A DNA stretch of 64,000 nucleotides from assembly GCA_046757405.1 (NCBI GenBank), contig JBHHYE010000010.1, positions 19,386 to 83,385 of the forward strand. Direction: 5' to 3'. Both the position numbers and the translations under genes were made by a program. The notes below the pieces were generated by a model. That model made no database searches. It saw only the letters and a program-made list of their open reading frames with translations, and was not told the origin of the DNA. Positions 1 to 9,577 of this stretch are shown here, in pieces. Position 1 is the first letter of the stretch. Each line of letters starts with the position of its first letter. The stretch is from Acidobacteriota bacterium. Its GTDB lineage: Bacteria > Acidobacteriota > Polarisedimenticolia > SMYD01.

Positions 1-424
1 TGGCGAGGAGCAGGAGGAGACGGCTCTGGACGCGGTGCGGGAGGCCAGGTCCCAAGGAGCCGTGGTCTATACTGTGGGCGTGGGAACGCCCGGGGGCGGG
101 CCCATTCCGCTGGGTCGCAAGGCAGGCAAGGTCCAGGGGTACAAGAAAGACGAAAAAGGACGGGTGGTCACGACGCGTCTTCGTCCCGATTTCCTTGCCA
201 CCTTGGCGGAAGAGGGCGGAGGGCGTTTTTATATGGCGAATGCTTCCCTGAGCGCGGTCGGCCGCCTGGCCGACAGGATTGACGCCATGGAGAAGGCGGA
301 TCTCTCCAGCCGGATCGTCACCAGCCACCGGGAGCGGTTTCAGATTCCGCTGGCCCTCTGCCTGGTGCTCCTGATCCTCGAAGCCGGTCTCTCTGGAACT
401 CGGCGGCGGGCGGAGGATTCATGA
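1..424 (+). CDS. VWA-domain protein, BatA/BatB-like (5'-truncated at window edge; open frame continues upstream of nt 35)
   Basis: Frame open from nt 2. C-terminal VWA-like segment 'VVYTVGVGTPGGGPIPL' then a hydrophobic TM helix 'LALCLVLLILEAGL'. Precedes TPR/BatD genes. Confidence 0.55.
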   Translation, partial: GEEQEETALDAVREARSQGAVVYTVGVGTPGGGPIPLGRKAGKVQGYKKDEKGRVVTTRLRPDFLATLAEEGGGRFYMANASLSAVGRLADRIDAMEKADLSSRIVTSHRERFQIPLALCLVLLILEAGLSGTRRRAEDS

Positions 425-1278
425 GAGCCGGAGTGGGAGTCTTCTGGTTGAGCCTGCTGCTCCAGGGCATCGCGCTCGCGGCGGGCGCGGCTGGGACGGA
501 GCGCGGCGGCGCCGGGGACCGGGCCGCGGCGGCACGGTTGAACCAGGAAGGGAACACTCTCTATGCCGCCGGGGAGAACGAGAAGGCCCTGGAACGGTAT
601 ACGCGCGCCATGGAGAAAGCGGCCCGCCTCCCGGAGGTGCGGTACAACAGGGGGAACGCCCTCTACCGTCTGGGCCGTCTCCAGGAGGCCGGGCGCGAGT
701 ACCAGGCCGCGGAATCCGGAGAGGGCCGCCTGCAGAGGGACGCGCGCTTCAATGAGGGGAACGCGCTGCTTGCGGCCGGTGATTACGAGGGAGCCGCCCG
801 CCGTTTCCGCCAGGTTTTGCTGGAGGCGCCGCAGGACGACGATGCGCGGCGGAACCTGGAAATTTCCCTGAGCCGGGCGGAAGCGGAGCAGAAACAACAG
901 AACCGGATGCAGGAGACGCAGAGTCCTTCCCAGGAGGACGGCAAGGATCAGGACGCGCAGAGCAGCCGCCAGGGAGAGTCCTCCGAGAAGCCTCCGTCCC
1001 ACGATCCCCAGGAACAACAGCAGGAAGGCCAGAAGCAGAGATCTCCCCGGAAAGATAGCCAGGGCCCGCCGCCCCCGGGTCAAGCGGACCGCCCCGATGC
1101 GGCCGCAGAGGCCGACGCGCCGGAGCAGGCGGAGCCCCGAGCCATGAGCCAGGAAGAGCTGGGTGAAGAGGAGGCCCGCCGGCTGCTCCAGGCGCTTTCC
1201 CAGGATGAACGGTCCGATCTCAAGGAGATGATGCAGCGGCCACCGGCAAAGCGCCACCCATCCGGTCATGACTGGTAA
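421..1278 (+). CDS. TPR-repeat protein (BatC-like) with highly charged Q/E/D-rich C-terminal tail
   Basis: Signal-like N-terminus; TPR repeats (NQEGNTLYAAGENEKALERYTRAMEKA.., YNRGNALYRLGRLQEA..); 4-nt overlap with the upstream gene. Confidence 0.6.
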   Translation: MRAGVGVFWLSLLLQGIALAAGAAGTERGGAGDRAAAARLNQEGNTLYAAGENEKALERYTRAMEKAARLPEVRYNRGNALYRLGRLQEAGREYQAAESGEGRLQRDARFNEGNALLAAGDYEGAARRFRQVLLEAPQDDDARRNLEISLSRAEAEQKQQNRMQETQSPSQEDGKDQDAQSSRQGESSEKPPSHDPQEQQQEGQKQRSPRKDSQGPPPPGQADRPDAAAEADAPEQAEPRAMSQEELGEEEARRLLQALSQDERSDLKEMMQRPPAKRHPSGHDW

Positions 1279-3091
1279 CGGCGTGCGGGCGGCGGCGGCG
1301 GCGCTGCTGGTCCTGGCAGCCCCGGCCGCCGCAGCCGACCTCCGGACCTTTGCCGAGGTGAGACCCTCCCAGGTCGCCGTGGATGCCACGCTGGTGCTGC
1401 GCGTGGTGGTGGAAGGCGACGCGGTCGGGGATGTGGAGCCGCCCTCGCTGTCCCGGCTCCAGGGCTGGACGGTCGTGGACGGACCGTCCGTCTCGAGCCA
1501 GTTCCGCTTCATCAACGGCGTCTCCAGCGCAGCCACCACCTTCTCGTGGATCCTGGCTCCATCGGCTCCCGGGACGCTGACGATCCCCGCCCTGGAAGTG
1601 CAGGTGGGTGGACAGATTCACCGGACGCAGCCGATCCAGGTCAAGGTGACCGCCGCTGCTGCCCCGGGGGTGGGGAAGAAGAGGCCGCCGCCGCCGGTCG
1701 CCCGCCGCCCCGGCCGGCCGGCGGAGACCTCGCAGGAAGATGTCTTTGTCCGCGCCCTGGTAGATTCGCTGGATCCGTTCGTGGGCCAGCAGGTGATCCT
1801 GCGCTACACGCTCTACACCCGCGCCGAGGTGACGGCGGTTCCACAGCTTCAGGAACTGCCCACCTATCCGAACTTCTGGGCCGAGGAGATCAAGGGCCCC
1901 AAGCGCATCGGCAGCCGGCGCGAGCTCGTGAATGGACTCCCGTATCGCGTCTATACCGTGCGCAGCATGGCCCTGTTCCCCACCGCATCCGGAGACACCA
2001 CCCTCGATTCCGTCACGTTCTCGGTTCCCATCCGGGCGTCGAACTCCTCTCCCTTCGGCCGTTCCTTTTTCTTCAACACGGTGCAGCCGGTCTACCGCCG
2101 GACCCTTCCCGTCACTCTTCATGTCCGGCCGCTTCCCGCCGCGGGGCGTCCGGAAGGGTTCACGGGAGCGGTTGGCCGCTTTCGTCTCGCGGTGAAGAGC
2201 GACCGGTCCCGGGCGCGCTTGGGAGAAGCCATCGGCATGACGGTGAAGGTGAGCGGGACGGGGAACCTGGGCTCCATGTCCCTTCCCGCGCTGGTGCCGG
2301 GAGATGCGTTCACGGTCTTTCCGCCCCAGGTGCATGAATCCATTTCCACGGATGACCAGGGCCGGTTGAGCGGCAGCAAAGAGTGGGAATACATCGTGGT
2401 GCCCCATGTGCCGGGCCCGCAGAGCCTGCCGCCGATCCGGTTCTCTTTCTTCAACCCGGAAGATGAGGCCTACCAGGTGCTCACCAGCCCGGCCCTGGAG
2501 CTGGAGGTGACCGGCACGCCGGTGGCCGAAAGCGAGGGCGGGACCGGACCGGAGCATCAGGAAATCCGGCGCCTTGGGCGGGACATTCACTTCATCAAGA
2601 CGCCCCCCTGGTCGCCCCACCCCCCACGGCCTCCCCTTTACCGGACGGCTCTCTTCTGGATCGGCCTGGCCGCCCCGCCGCTCCTCAATCTCGTCGGGTT
2701 GCTGGGCCGCTGGCAGAGTCGCCGGGCGCGGAGCCGGTTCGCCGTCTCCAGGCGCCGGCGGGCGCGCCGCGTGGCCCTCAGAACCCTGAAGCGTGCCGAA
2801 TCCGCGGTCTCCGAGCCGCACGGAGAGGGGTTCTACCGCCATGTCGCCCGGGCGTTGACCGAGTTCGTGGCCGACAAGTCCGGCCACCAGGCCACGGGGC
2901 TGACCTACGACCGGATCGCGAGCTATTTGGCCTCCCGGCAGGTGCCCGATGCGAAGAACCAGGGGTTCTTGCGGGTCCTGGAGGAATGCGATTGCGCCCG
3001 CTTCTCACCCGGTCCGGAGACGGCCGGCGCGCGGCGTGCCATGCTCCAGCGAGCCCGCCAGGCGGTCAACGACCTGGAGAGGCATTTATGA
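1268..3091 (+). CDS. BatD-like oxygen-tolerance protein
   Basis: 607 aa; N-terminal signal peptide, C-terminal TM segment and Arg-rich tail. Position in batA-E-like operon and BatD-like size and topology. Confidence 0.65.
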   Translation: MTGNGVRAAAAALLVLAAPAAAADLRTFAEVRPSQVAVDATLVLRVVVEGDAVGDVEPPSLSRLQGWTVVDGPSVSSQFRFINGVSSAATTFSWILAPSAPGTLTIPALEVQVGGQIHRTQPIQVKVTAAAAPGVGKKRPPPPVARRPGRPAETSQEDVFVRALVDSLDPFVGQQVILRYTLYTRAEVTAVPQLQELPTYPNFWAEEIKGPKRIGSRRELVNGLPYRVYTVRSMALFPTASGDTTLDSVTFSVPIRASNSSPFGRSFFFNTVQPVYRRTLPVTLHVRPLPAAGRPEGFTGAVGRFRLAVKSDRSRARLGEAIGMTVKVSGTGNLGSMSLPALVPGDAFTVFPPQVHESISTDDQGRLSGSKEWEYIVVPHVPGPQSLPPIRFSFFNPEDEAYQVLTSPALELEVTGTPVAESEGGTGPEHQEIRRLGRDIHFIKTPPWSPHPPRPPLYRTALFWIGLAAPPLLNLVGLLGRWQSRRARSRFAVSRRRRARRVALRTLKRAESAVSEPHGEGFYRHVARALTEFVADKSGHQATGLTYDRIASYLASRQVPDAKNQGFLRVLEECDCARFSPGPETAGARRAMLQRARQAVNDLERHL

Positions 3092-3960
3092 GCCGGGCCG
3101 GGCTGCTGGGCCGGAGCCTCGCCCGCGGGCTTCTCCTGGGAATCTTCCTGGGGCTCGCGGGTCTGGCGCCGGCGGGAGATCTCGTCGCCGGTCCGGGAAG
3201 GGGCAACGGCCCGGATCTCCCGCCGGACGAGCTCTCGGGACCGACCCTGGCCCTGGACCCGGAGCCGGCGAGCCGCCTCTTCGATGAAGCCGGCGATCTC
3301 TACGAGCAGGGAGATTTCGCCGGTGCCGCCGGGCGGTACCGCCGGCTCGTCGAGGCGGGTGTGGCGGACGCCGTCGTGCTCTACAACCTGGGCAACTGCC
3401 TCTATCGGCTGGGCCGGACAGGCCCGGCGATTCTGGCCTACGAGAAGGCCGCGGTCCTGGATCCCGGGGATTCCGATCTCCAGGAGAACCTGGAATTTGT
3501 TTCCTCGCAGATCGTGGATCATGTCAAGGAAAGCGAGGCCGGGGAAGGACCTCTGGCCGCCCTCTGGGCGTGGCATGGCCGCTGGTCGCCGGCGGTGATC
3601 ACCTCTCTCTTCCTGGCGGCCTGGTTGTTCTTCAACGCCTGCCTGGCTGTCATCATCATCACGCACTGGCCCTGGTGGCGCCATCTGGCGGGGTATGCTC
3701 TCACCATGGCCCTGGTGATGGTTTTCTTGACCGGAACGGCGCTCGGCCTCCTGGTGTACCGCCGCGATACGGTGGTCCACGGAATCGTCCTGTCGGCGCC
3801 GGTGAACCTGCAATCGGGCCCGGGCCGCGGGAAGACCCTGACCACGGTTCACGAGGGCCTGAAGGTGCGGGTCCAGGATGCCCATGGCGACTGGCTGAAA
3901 GTGCTTCTCCCCAACGGCCTCCAGGGCTGGGTACCGGGTCGGGTCGTCGGCATCGTATGA
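3088..3960 (+). CDS. TPR + SH3b domain membrane protein (BatE-like)
   Basis: ATG at 3088 overlaps the BatD stop (ATGA). Signal peptide, TPR repeats, two TM helices, C-terminal SH3-like 'GDWLKVLLPNGLQGWVPGRVV'. Confidence 0.6.
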   Translation: MSRAGLLGRSLARGLLLGIFLGLAGLAPAGDLVAGPGRGNGPDLPPDELSGPTLALDPEPASRLFDEAGDLYEQGDFAGAAGRYRRLVEAGVADAVVLYNLGNCLYRLGRTGPAILAYEKAAVLDPGDSDLQENLEFVSSQIVDHVKESEAGEGPLAALWAWHGRWSPAVITSLFLAAWLFFNACLAVIIITHWPWWRHLAGYALTMALVMVFLTGTALGLLVYRRDTVVHGIVLSAPVNLQSGPGRGKTLTTVHEGLKVRVQDAHGDWLKVLLPNGLQGWVPGRVVGIV

Positions 3961-5147
3961 GGGCGAAGAAGACCACCCTCGGCCTGTATCTGCACGTGCC
4001 TTTCTGCCGGTGTCGGTGCACTTACTGTGCCTTCTTCACCCGGCCCGCCGGTGAGCCGCAGCATCGCCGGGCCTACGTGGATGCCCTGGCCCGGGAAATC
4101 CGCCATGTGGCTGAAACGGGCCGCGACCTGGGACACGCCCGGCTTCCCCCCCAGGAGGGGAGGGTCGTGGACACCATCTACATCGGGGGCGGCACTCCTT
4201 CGCTCCTGGCTCCCGAACAGCTCCGCTTCTTGCTCCTTGGCATTCAGGACCGGTTCAGCGTGGCGCCGGGAGCCGAGGTGACACTGGAGGCGAATCCGGA
4301 GACGGTGACAGCAGCCGCTGCCGACGGGTGGATCGCCGCTGGCTTCAATCGGGTCAGTCTCGGGGCCCAGACGTTCGATTCCTCCACTCTCCAGGCGCTG
4401 GGCCGGCGGCACGGGCCGGACACCATCGTGGGAGCCGCCCGCTCCTTGCGCCGGGCGGGTCTCGGGAACCTCAGCCTGGATCTGATAGCAGGTGTCAATC
4501 CAGGGTCCTGGCGGGAGGATCTGGAGCGCGCCTGCGCGCTGGAGCCTGAACACCTGTCTCTCTATCTCCTGGAGGTGGACCAGGAGGAGACCGGCTCGCG
4601 CACCCTGCTGGCCCGCCAGATCGAGCGCGGCCAGGCCCGCGTCCCCGAGGCGGACTGGTACGCGGACGCCTATCCGGAAGCGGTGGAGATTCTCCGGTCC
4701 CGGGGCCTGGAGCGCTACGAGATCTGTAACTTCTCGCGGCCGGGGCATGAAAGCCGCCACAATCTCAAGTACTGGCAGAACCAAGACGTGCTCGGTTTCG
4801 GCCCGGCCGCTTCCTCCCTGTGTGACGGGGTGCGCTTCATGGTGGCGGCCGATCTCGGCGCCTACATGAAGGCGCTGGAAGCGGACGCCGAGCCCGCGGT
4901 CCGTGTCGACGCCGTCGACGCGCCGACGCGCGCGGCTGAGCTCTTCATTCTCGGGCTGCGTCTGGAGAGAGGGATCAATCTGGAGGAGATGGAGGCGCGC
5001 GCCGGGAGCCGGCTGCGGACCGGGCAGCGCCGGGCTCTCCAGCGCCTGGCCCGGGCCGGTCTCCTGGACCGGGAGGGGGACCGGCTGCGCCTGACGACGC
5101 GGGGAATGCTACTGTCCAACGAGGTTTTCCAGGCCTTTCTCCCCTGA
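3957..5147 (+). CDS. hemW: Radical SAM heme chaperone HemW (HemN-like coproporphyrinogen oxidase family)
   Basis: Start ATG overlaps the previous stop. 'LGLYLHVPFCRCRCTYCAFF' CxxxCxxC radical-SAM motif, 'YIGGGTPSLL', HemN C-terminal domain. Confidence 0.85.
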   Translation: MRAKKTTLGLYLHVPFCRCRCTYCAFFTRPAGEPQHRRAYVDALAREIRHVAETGRDLGHARLPPQEGRVVDTIYIGGGTPSLLAPEQLRFLLLGIQDRFSVAPGAEVTLEANPETVTAAAADGWIAAGFNRVSLGAQTFDSSTLQALGRRHGPDTIVGAARSLRRAGLGNLSLDLIAGVNPGSWREDLERACALEPEHLSLYLLEVDQEETGSRTLLARQIERGQARVPEADWYADAYPEAVEILRSRGLERYEICNFSRPGHESRHNLKYWQNQDVLGFGPAASSLCDGVRFMVAADLGAYMKALEADAEPAVRVDAVDAPTRAAELFILGLRLERGINLEEMEARAGSRLRTGQRRALQRLARAGLLDREGDRLRLTTRGMLLSNEVFQAFLP

Positions 5148-5169
5148 CTCCGGTTCAGAGCATCCGGCC

Positions 5170-5841
5170 ATGGGGCGAGGAGCCGAGGCGACGAGGAGAA
5201 TGAGGATGTTCCAGATGCGGCAAGGGACATGGTTTTCGATGGCCGTGGGCGCAGGCGCCATCGCGCTCCTGCTGGCGGGATCGGCGTGCTCCCAGGCACC
5301 GGCGCCAGACACCCCGGTGGCCCAGGCCGTCGCGACCGCGCCTGGCCGGCCGGCGGCCGCGCGGGAGGCGGCCGGCGGCGTGAGCTGGCTCGCGCCTTCC
5401 GCCTGGAGCCGGGAGGCGAGGCGCCGTCCCATGCGGGTGACGACCTACACGATTCCTGACCCGGAGCCGGACATGCAGGGCGAGCTGGCGGTTTTTTATT
5501 TCGGGCCAGGGCAGGGGGGAGGAACCAACGCCAATATCAGCCGCTGGATTGGGCAGTTCTCGGGAGCGGATGGCGGCCCGCCCAGGGAGGTCAGCCGCAA
5601 GACGCGCCAGGTGGGCGGGCTGACGGTGACCATCCTGGAGGTGGTGGGGACCTACCAGGGCGGCGGCGCTCCCATGCTCGGCTCGGGTCAGGCCAAGGAG
5701 GGGTATGCTCTTCTGGGCGCCATCGTGGCGGGTCCACAGGCCCCCATCTTCTTCAAGCTCACCGGTCCACTCGACACGGTGGACCGGTCCCGCCCTCAGT
5801 TCGAGGCGCTGGTCAACTCGTTGCGCTTAGAGGCCTCCTGA
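5170..5841 (+). CDS. Secreted/lipoprotein-like hypothetical protein
   Basis: N-terminal signal peptide 'AVGAGAIALLLAGSAC'; no recognisable domain. Confidence 0.45.
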   Translation: MGRGAEATRRMRMFQMRQGTWFSMAVGAGAIALLLAGSACSQAPAPDTPVAQAVATAPGRPAAAREAAGGVSWLAPSAWSREARRRPMRVTTYTIPDPEPDMQGELAVFYFGPGQGGGTNANISRWIGQFSGADGGPPREVSRKTRQVGGLTVTILEVVGTYQGGGAPMLGSGQAKEGYALLGAIVAGPQAPIFFKLTGPLDTVDRSRPQFEALVNSLRLEAS

Positions 5842-6572
5842 TCCAGAATGTCCCCTCCGGAAGGCGCGGGAAGGGGACACCGGGCCGCTTGCCGCCATCC
5901 GGCGCGGGCGGCCAGTGGCAGTCCGGCCAGGAGACACAGGATCAGCAGGAGATCCGCCGCTCCGAGCCACCGGGCGGAGTGGGCGTTGAATCCGGACGCT
6001 CCTCCGCCCCAGCGCCAGAGCAGTCTCCAGGCATGGTCACGGCCGCTGGGCCGGAACCAGCGGGGCCGGCCCAGCGCATCGCGGAAGAGCACGGCATGGC
6101 TGCTCAGCAGGTAAGCCCTGCGTGCCGCGGCTTCCCGACGGTCCGCCTCGGGATGGGACATGGCCGCCTGCCGGAGAAGGGCGACAGGGCGCCTCATGGG
6201 GCCGGTCAAGGTGGTGGAGGAAAGAGATCCGGTGAGATGAGCCTGAAGCAGCGACGGCGCGGCCAGGAGCAGCGCCATGATCAGGAAAAGACTGCCGGTG
6301 GCCGCCAGGACGAGCTGCGGGCGGTGGAGCCCAGCGCAGCGGTGCGCGCCGCGGCTGACGAAGTAGGTCGTGGACAGCACCCACGCGCTGGTGAGCAGCG
6401 GAAGGAGGAGCACGGCCGTCCCGTGAAGAACAGGACCCAGCGAGGGCGGAAAGCGCCCCGCCAGGGCCGCGGCCCAGATCGGAAGCCCGCCCAGATGGAG
6501 AGCGGCCAGCAGGCGGTTCGTCCGCCGGAAAAGATGGCCGGCATGAAGATGCGAAGGGACGGTCCCGCTCAT
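5796..6572 (-). CDS. Hypothetical integral membrane protein (about 4 TM helices)
   Basis: Four clear hydrophobic helices. The competing plus-strand ORFs 5848/5889 are low-complexity antisense products. Confidence 0.4.
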   Translation of the reverse strand: MSGTVPSHLHAGHLFRRTNRLLAALHLGGLPIWAAALAGRFPPSLGPVLHGTAVLLLPLLTSAWVLSTTYFVSRGAHRCAGLHRPQLVLAATGSLFLIMALLLAAPSLLQAHLTGSLSSTTLTGPMRRPVALLRQAAMSHPEADRREAAARRAYLLSSHAVLFRDALGRPRWFRPSGRDHAWRLLWRWGGGASGFNAHSARWLGAADLLLILCLLAGLPLAARAGWRQAARCPLPAPSGGDILDQEASKRNELTSASN

Positions 6573-6643
6573 GCGAGTTTTCTCTGTCTTGATTCTACGG
6601 GATCTGCCGTCGGATCAGCAGTCCGCCGGCGCGGCTTTTCGTC

Positions 6644-6672
6644 TTGCTCCGATGGCGAGCGGCCATTATAAT
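6644..6672 (+). promoter_or_regulatory. Sigma70-like promoter for the ACAD-meaB-mce operon: TTGCTC-17-TATAAT
   Basis: Perfect TATAAT at 6667-6672 with 17-nt spacer in an otherwise GC-rich region; ~60 nt upstream of ATG 6739. Confidence 0.4.
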
Positions 6673-6738
6673 CCGCTGGCAAACCGTCTCCAGACAGGGA
6701 TTTGCGCCGTTGGTTCTCTCCGTCATGGGGGAAATGCC

Positions 6739-7881
6739 ATGGATTTCGAGCTGACTGAAGAGCAACGTTCCCTCCAGAAAATGGTCCGCGAGTTTGCCGA
6801 GAAGGAGATCGCGCCCCGAGTCCGGGAGATGGACGAAAGCCAGGAGTTCCCCCGCGATCTCCTGGAGCAAGCAGGAAGCCTGGGACTGCTCGGCTGCCTC
6901 TTCCCGGAGAGTTACGGCGGCTCCGGGCTGGGCTATATCGATTACGTCACGGTCATCGAGGAGCTTTCGGCCGTGGACGGCGCCATCGGTCTGTCGGTGG
7001 CCGCGCACAATTCGCTGTGCAGCAATCACATCTTCCAGTTCGGGAGCGAGGCTCAGAAGCAGACCTTCCTGGTTCCGCTGGCGCGGGGCGAGAAGATCGG
7101 GGCCTGGTCGCTCACCGAGCCGACCGCGGGCTCGGATGCGGGTGGCACGCGCAGCACGGCGCGCCAGGAGAACGGGCACTGGGTCCTCAATGGCTCCAAG
7201 ACCTTCGCGACCCACGGCGCCAGTGGCGACATCGCCGTCGTGTTTGCGGTCACCGACCCCGAGAAGGGGAAACGGGGTATCTCGGCCTTCATCCTCGAGA
7301 AAGGCATGGCCGGTTTCCGCACCGGAAAGAAGGAAGACAAGCTGGGTTGCCGCGCTTCGGATACGGCGGAACTGGTCATGGAGAACTGCCGGGTCCCCCG
7401 GGAGCAGATGCTCGGCCAGCGCGGAGATGGTTTTGTCAACGCCTTGCAGATCCTGGATGGCGGAAGAATTTCCATCGCCGCACTCGCCGTGGGTATCGCG
7501 CGGGGTGCGTACGAGGCGGCCCTGAGGTACAGCAAGGAGCGCGTGCAGTTCGGGAAGACCATCTCGTCCTTTCAGGCGATCCAGTGGAAGCTGGCCGACA
7601 TGGCCACGGAGATCGACGCCGCCCGGCTCCTGGTCCAGCAGGCCGCCGACCTGAAAGACCGGGGAGAGGATGTGAACAAGGCCGCCTCCATGGCCAAGCT
7701 GTTCGCCTCGGAGGTTGCCGTTCGCGTCACCAACGAGGCCGTGCAGGTGCACGGGGGCTACGGATATACCAAGGACTATCCTGTGGAAAAGTTCTACCGG
7801 GATGCGAAGATCTGCACCATCGGGGAGGGGACTTCCGAAATCCAGCGCCTGGTCATCGCCCGCCGCATGCTGGGTTCGTGA
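6739..7881 (+). CDS. Acyl-CoA dehydrogenase (short/branched-chain type)
   Basis: Start at 'MDFELTEEQ' (ATG 6739), not the ORF-track start at 6571. Motifs '[16 protein letters not shown]', '[29 protein letters not shown]'. Confidence 0.9.
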   Translation: MDFELTEEQRSLQKMVREFAEKEIAPRVREMDESQEFPRDLLEQAGSLGLLGCLFPESYGGSGLGYIDYVTVIEELSAVDGAIGLSVAAHNSLCSNHIFQFGSEAQKQTFLVPLARGEKIGAWSLTEPTAGSDAGGTRSTARQENGHWVLNGSKTFATHGASGDIAVVFAVTDPEKGKRGISAFILEKGMAGFRTGKKEDKLGCRASDTAELVMENCRVPREQMLGQRGDGFVNALQILDGGRISIAALAVGIARGAYEAALRYSKERVQFGKTISSFQAIQWKLADMATEIDAARLLVQQAADLKDRGEDVNKAASMAKLFASEVAVRVTNEAVQVHGGYGYTKDYPVEKFYRDAKICTIGEGTSEIQRLVIARRMLGS

Positions 7882-7884
7882 CCC

Positions 7885-8835
7885 ATGTCGCCGGACCTCG
7901 TGGATCGTCTCCTGGAAGGGGACGCCAGGGCGCTGGCCCGGTGCATCACCCGGGTGGAGAGCGGCGGTCCCGGGGTCGCGGGCCTGCTGCGCCGGGTGTA
8001 CCCGCACACCGGACAGGCGTACGTTGTCGGCGTGACGGGCGCCCCGGGAGCGGGGAAATCGAGCCTGGTGGATGGCCTGGTCTCGGCCTACCGGACCCAG
8101 GGGGAGCGAGTCGGCGTCATTGCCGTCGATCCCTCTTCTGCCTTCTCGGGAGGAGCGATTCTCGGCGACCGGATCCGGATGAGCCGCCACGACTGTGACC
8201 CGGGAGTATTCATTCGTTCCATGGCCAACAGGGGCCATCCAGGGGGGCTTGCCGAGGCAACCCACGACGCCGTGGATCTGCTGGACGCCGCCGGTTATTC
8301 GCACATCTTGCTGGAGACGGTGGGAGTGGGGCAGGACGAGGTCGAGGTGGTCGAAGGCGCGGACACCGTGTGCGTGACCCTGGTGCCGGGAATGGGCGAT
8401 GATATCCAGTCCATGAAGGCGGGCATCATGGAGATCGCCCATGTTTTCATCATCAACAAGTGTGATCAGAAGGGAGCGGAGCGACTGGAAGCCGAAATCG
8501 ACCAGACCCTCTCCCTCCAAGAGTGGGACGGGCGCTGGCGTCCGCCGGTGGTGCGCACGGTGGCCACCCGGCAGGAGGGCATTGACAGCCTGGTGGAACA
8601 GATTGCCCTGCACCGGCAGGCCAGCGCGGCAAGCGCGGCCGGCGGCGGCCGGCGCCGGGACCTCTCGCGCACGCGGTTCCTGGCTCTCCTCAGGGAAAGG
8701 CTCCTGGCGGCCGTGACCCGGCGCGTGGGGCACGATCGGATCGATGCGGCCATCGATGCCATCGCCGCCCGCAAGGTGGATCCCTACACGGCCACCCAGG
8801 AGGTCCTGGCGGCTGCGGGGCTGGCGGGAGAGTGA
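7885..8835 (+). CDS. meaB: Methylmalonyl-CoA mutase-associated GTPase MeaB/ArgK
   Basis: P-loop 'GVTGAPGAGKSSL', MeaB-like 'GDRIRM' and 'ETVGVGQ' motifs. Confidence 0.85.
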   Translation: MSPDLVDRLLEGDARALARCITRVESGGPGVAGLLRRVYPHTGQAYVVGVTGAPGAGKSSLVDGLVSAYRTQGERVGVIAVDPSSAFSGGAILGDRIRMSRHDCDPGVFIRSMANRGHPGGLAEATHDAVDLLDAAGYSHILLETVGVGQDEVEVVEGADTVCVTLVPGMGDDIQSMKAGIMEIAHVFIINKCDQKGAERLEAEIDQTLSLQEWDGRWRPPVVRTVATRQEGIDSLVEQIALHRQASAASAAGGGRRRDLSRTRFLALLRERLLAAVTRRVGHDRIDAAIDAIAARKVDPYTATQEVLAAAGLAGE

Positions 8836-9260
8836 TGCCGCCCTCCCGCTCCGGCCAGAGCCGCCTCGATCACGTCGGTATCGCCGTGCGCCGCATCATG
8901 GAGCGCTTGCCCCTCTACGCCGCCACCCTGGGAGTGGAGCCCGGCCCGGTCGAGGAGGTTCCCGGCGAGAAGGTGCGTGTCGTCTTTCTGTCCCTGGGCG
9001 AGACGCGCCTGGAGCTGCTGGAGCCCAGCAGCCCTGATTCCCCCCTGGCCCGCTTCCTCGACCGGCGCGGCGAGGGGATCCACCATCTGTGCTTCCAGGT
9101 CGGTGACCTGGAGGCCGTCTTGAAACAGTTGCGGGGAGAGGGCGTCCGCCTCGTGGATCCCTCGCCGCGGGCGGGAGCCGGAGGCAGCAAGGTGGCGTTC
9201 GTGCATCCCCGGGGCACGGGGGGCGTCCTCATCGAGCTCAAGGAGGAGCCGACCCGGTGA
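8832..9260 (+). CDS. mce: Methylmalonyl-CoA epimerase (glyoxalase/VOC family)
   Basis: 'LDHVGIAV', 'GEGIHHLCFQVGDLEA', 'VAFVHPRGTGGVLIELKE'. Confidence 0.8.
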   Translation: MMPPSRSGQSRLDHVGIAVRRIMERLPLYAATLGVEPGPVEEVPGEKVRVVFLSLGETRLELLEPSSPDSPLARFLDRRGEGIHHLCFQVGDLEAVLKQLRGEGVRLVDPSPRAGAGGSKVAFVHPRGTGGVLIELKEEPTR

Positions 9261-9577
9261 TGGGAGCGGGCAGTGTGGTGGTGGTCTACCTGCGGGATCC
9301 CCGTGAGCGGATCTGGGGCATGCTGCATGCTCTCGTGCCGGCGGGCGTCACGGTGGAGGGGATCGGCGTCGACTCCTTCGATTCCTGGCTGCAAGCCATC
9401 GGGAAGGAGGCCGATGCGCGACGGGACCTCTCGGTGCTGTTCTTTCCGGCGGGCCGGATCGAGCGCATCCTTCTCGATCGGGGAACGTCCCAGGCGCCAT
9501 CCCTCGCCGATCGATTTGCCGCCCGGATGGGGCGGCCGGTGCCGGAAGTCCTGGGCTGGACCGCGAGCGAGGCATGA
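9257..9577 (+). CDS. Hypothetical small protein (106 aa)
   Basis: GTG start overlaps the epimerase stop (GTGA); fills the gap before the next gene exactly; no recognisable motif. Confidence 0.35.
   Translation: MMGAGSVVVVYLRDPRERIWGMLHALVPAGVTVEGIGVDSFDSWLQAIGKEADARRDLSVLFFPAGRIERILLDRGTSQAPSLADRFAARMGRPVPEVLGWTASEA

Noticed and set aside
1220-2887. 555-aa minus-strand ORF antisense to the BatD-like gene
   Set aside because: Overlaps a plus-strand gene that fits the operon context with start/stop coupling; the antisense product is Arg/Gly/Pro-rich.
5848-6671. Plus-strand ORFs (88 and 260 aa) between the lipoprotein gene and the ACAD
   Set aside because: Low-complexity, Gly/Arg/Gln-rich products. 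The minus-strand alternative encodes a protein with four clean TM helices, and the ACAD start is at 6739 with its own promoter.
7017-8198. 393-aa plus-strand alternative-frame ORF inside the ACAD gene
   Set aside because: Out-of-frame overlap with a well-supported gene; composition is R/G/P-rich.
6595-8733. 712-aa minus-strand ORF antisense to the ACAD and meaB genes
   Set aside because: Same reasoning: the sense-strand products carry clear ACAD and MeaB motifs and the antisense product is R/G/P-rich with no domain.
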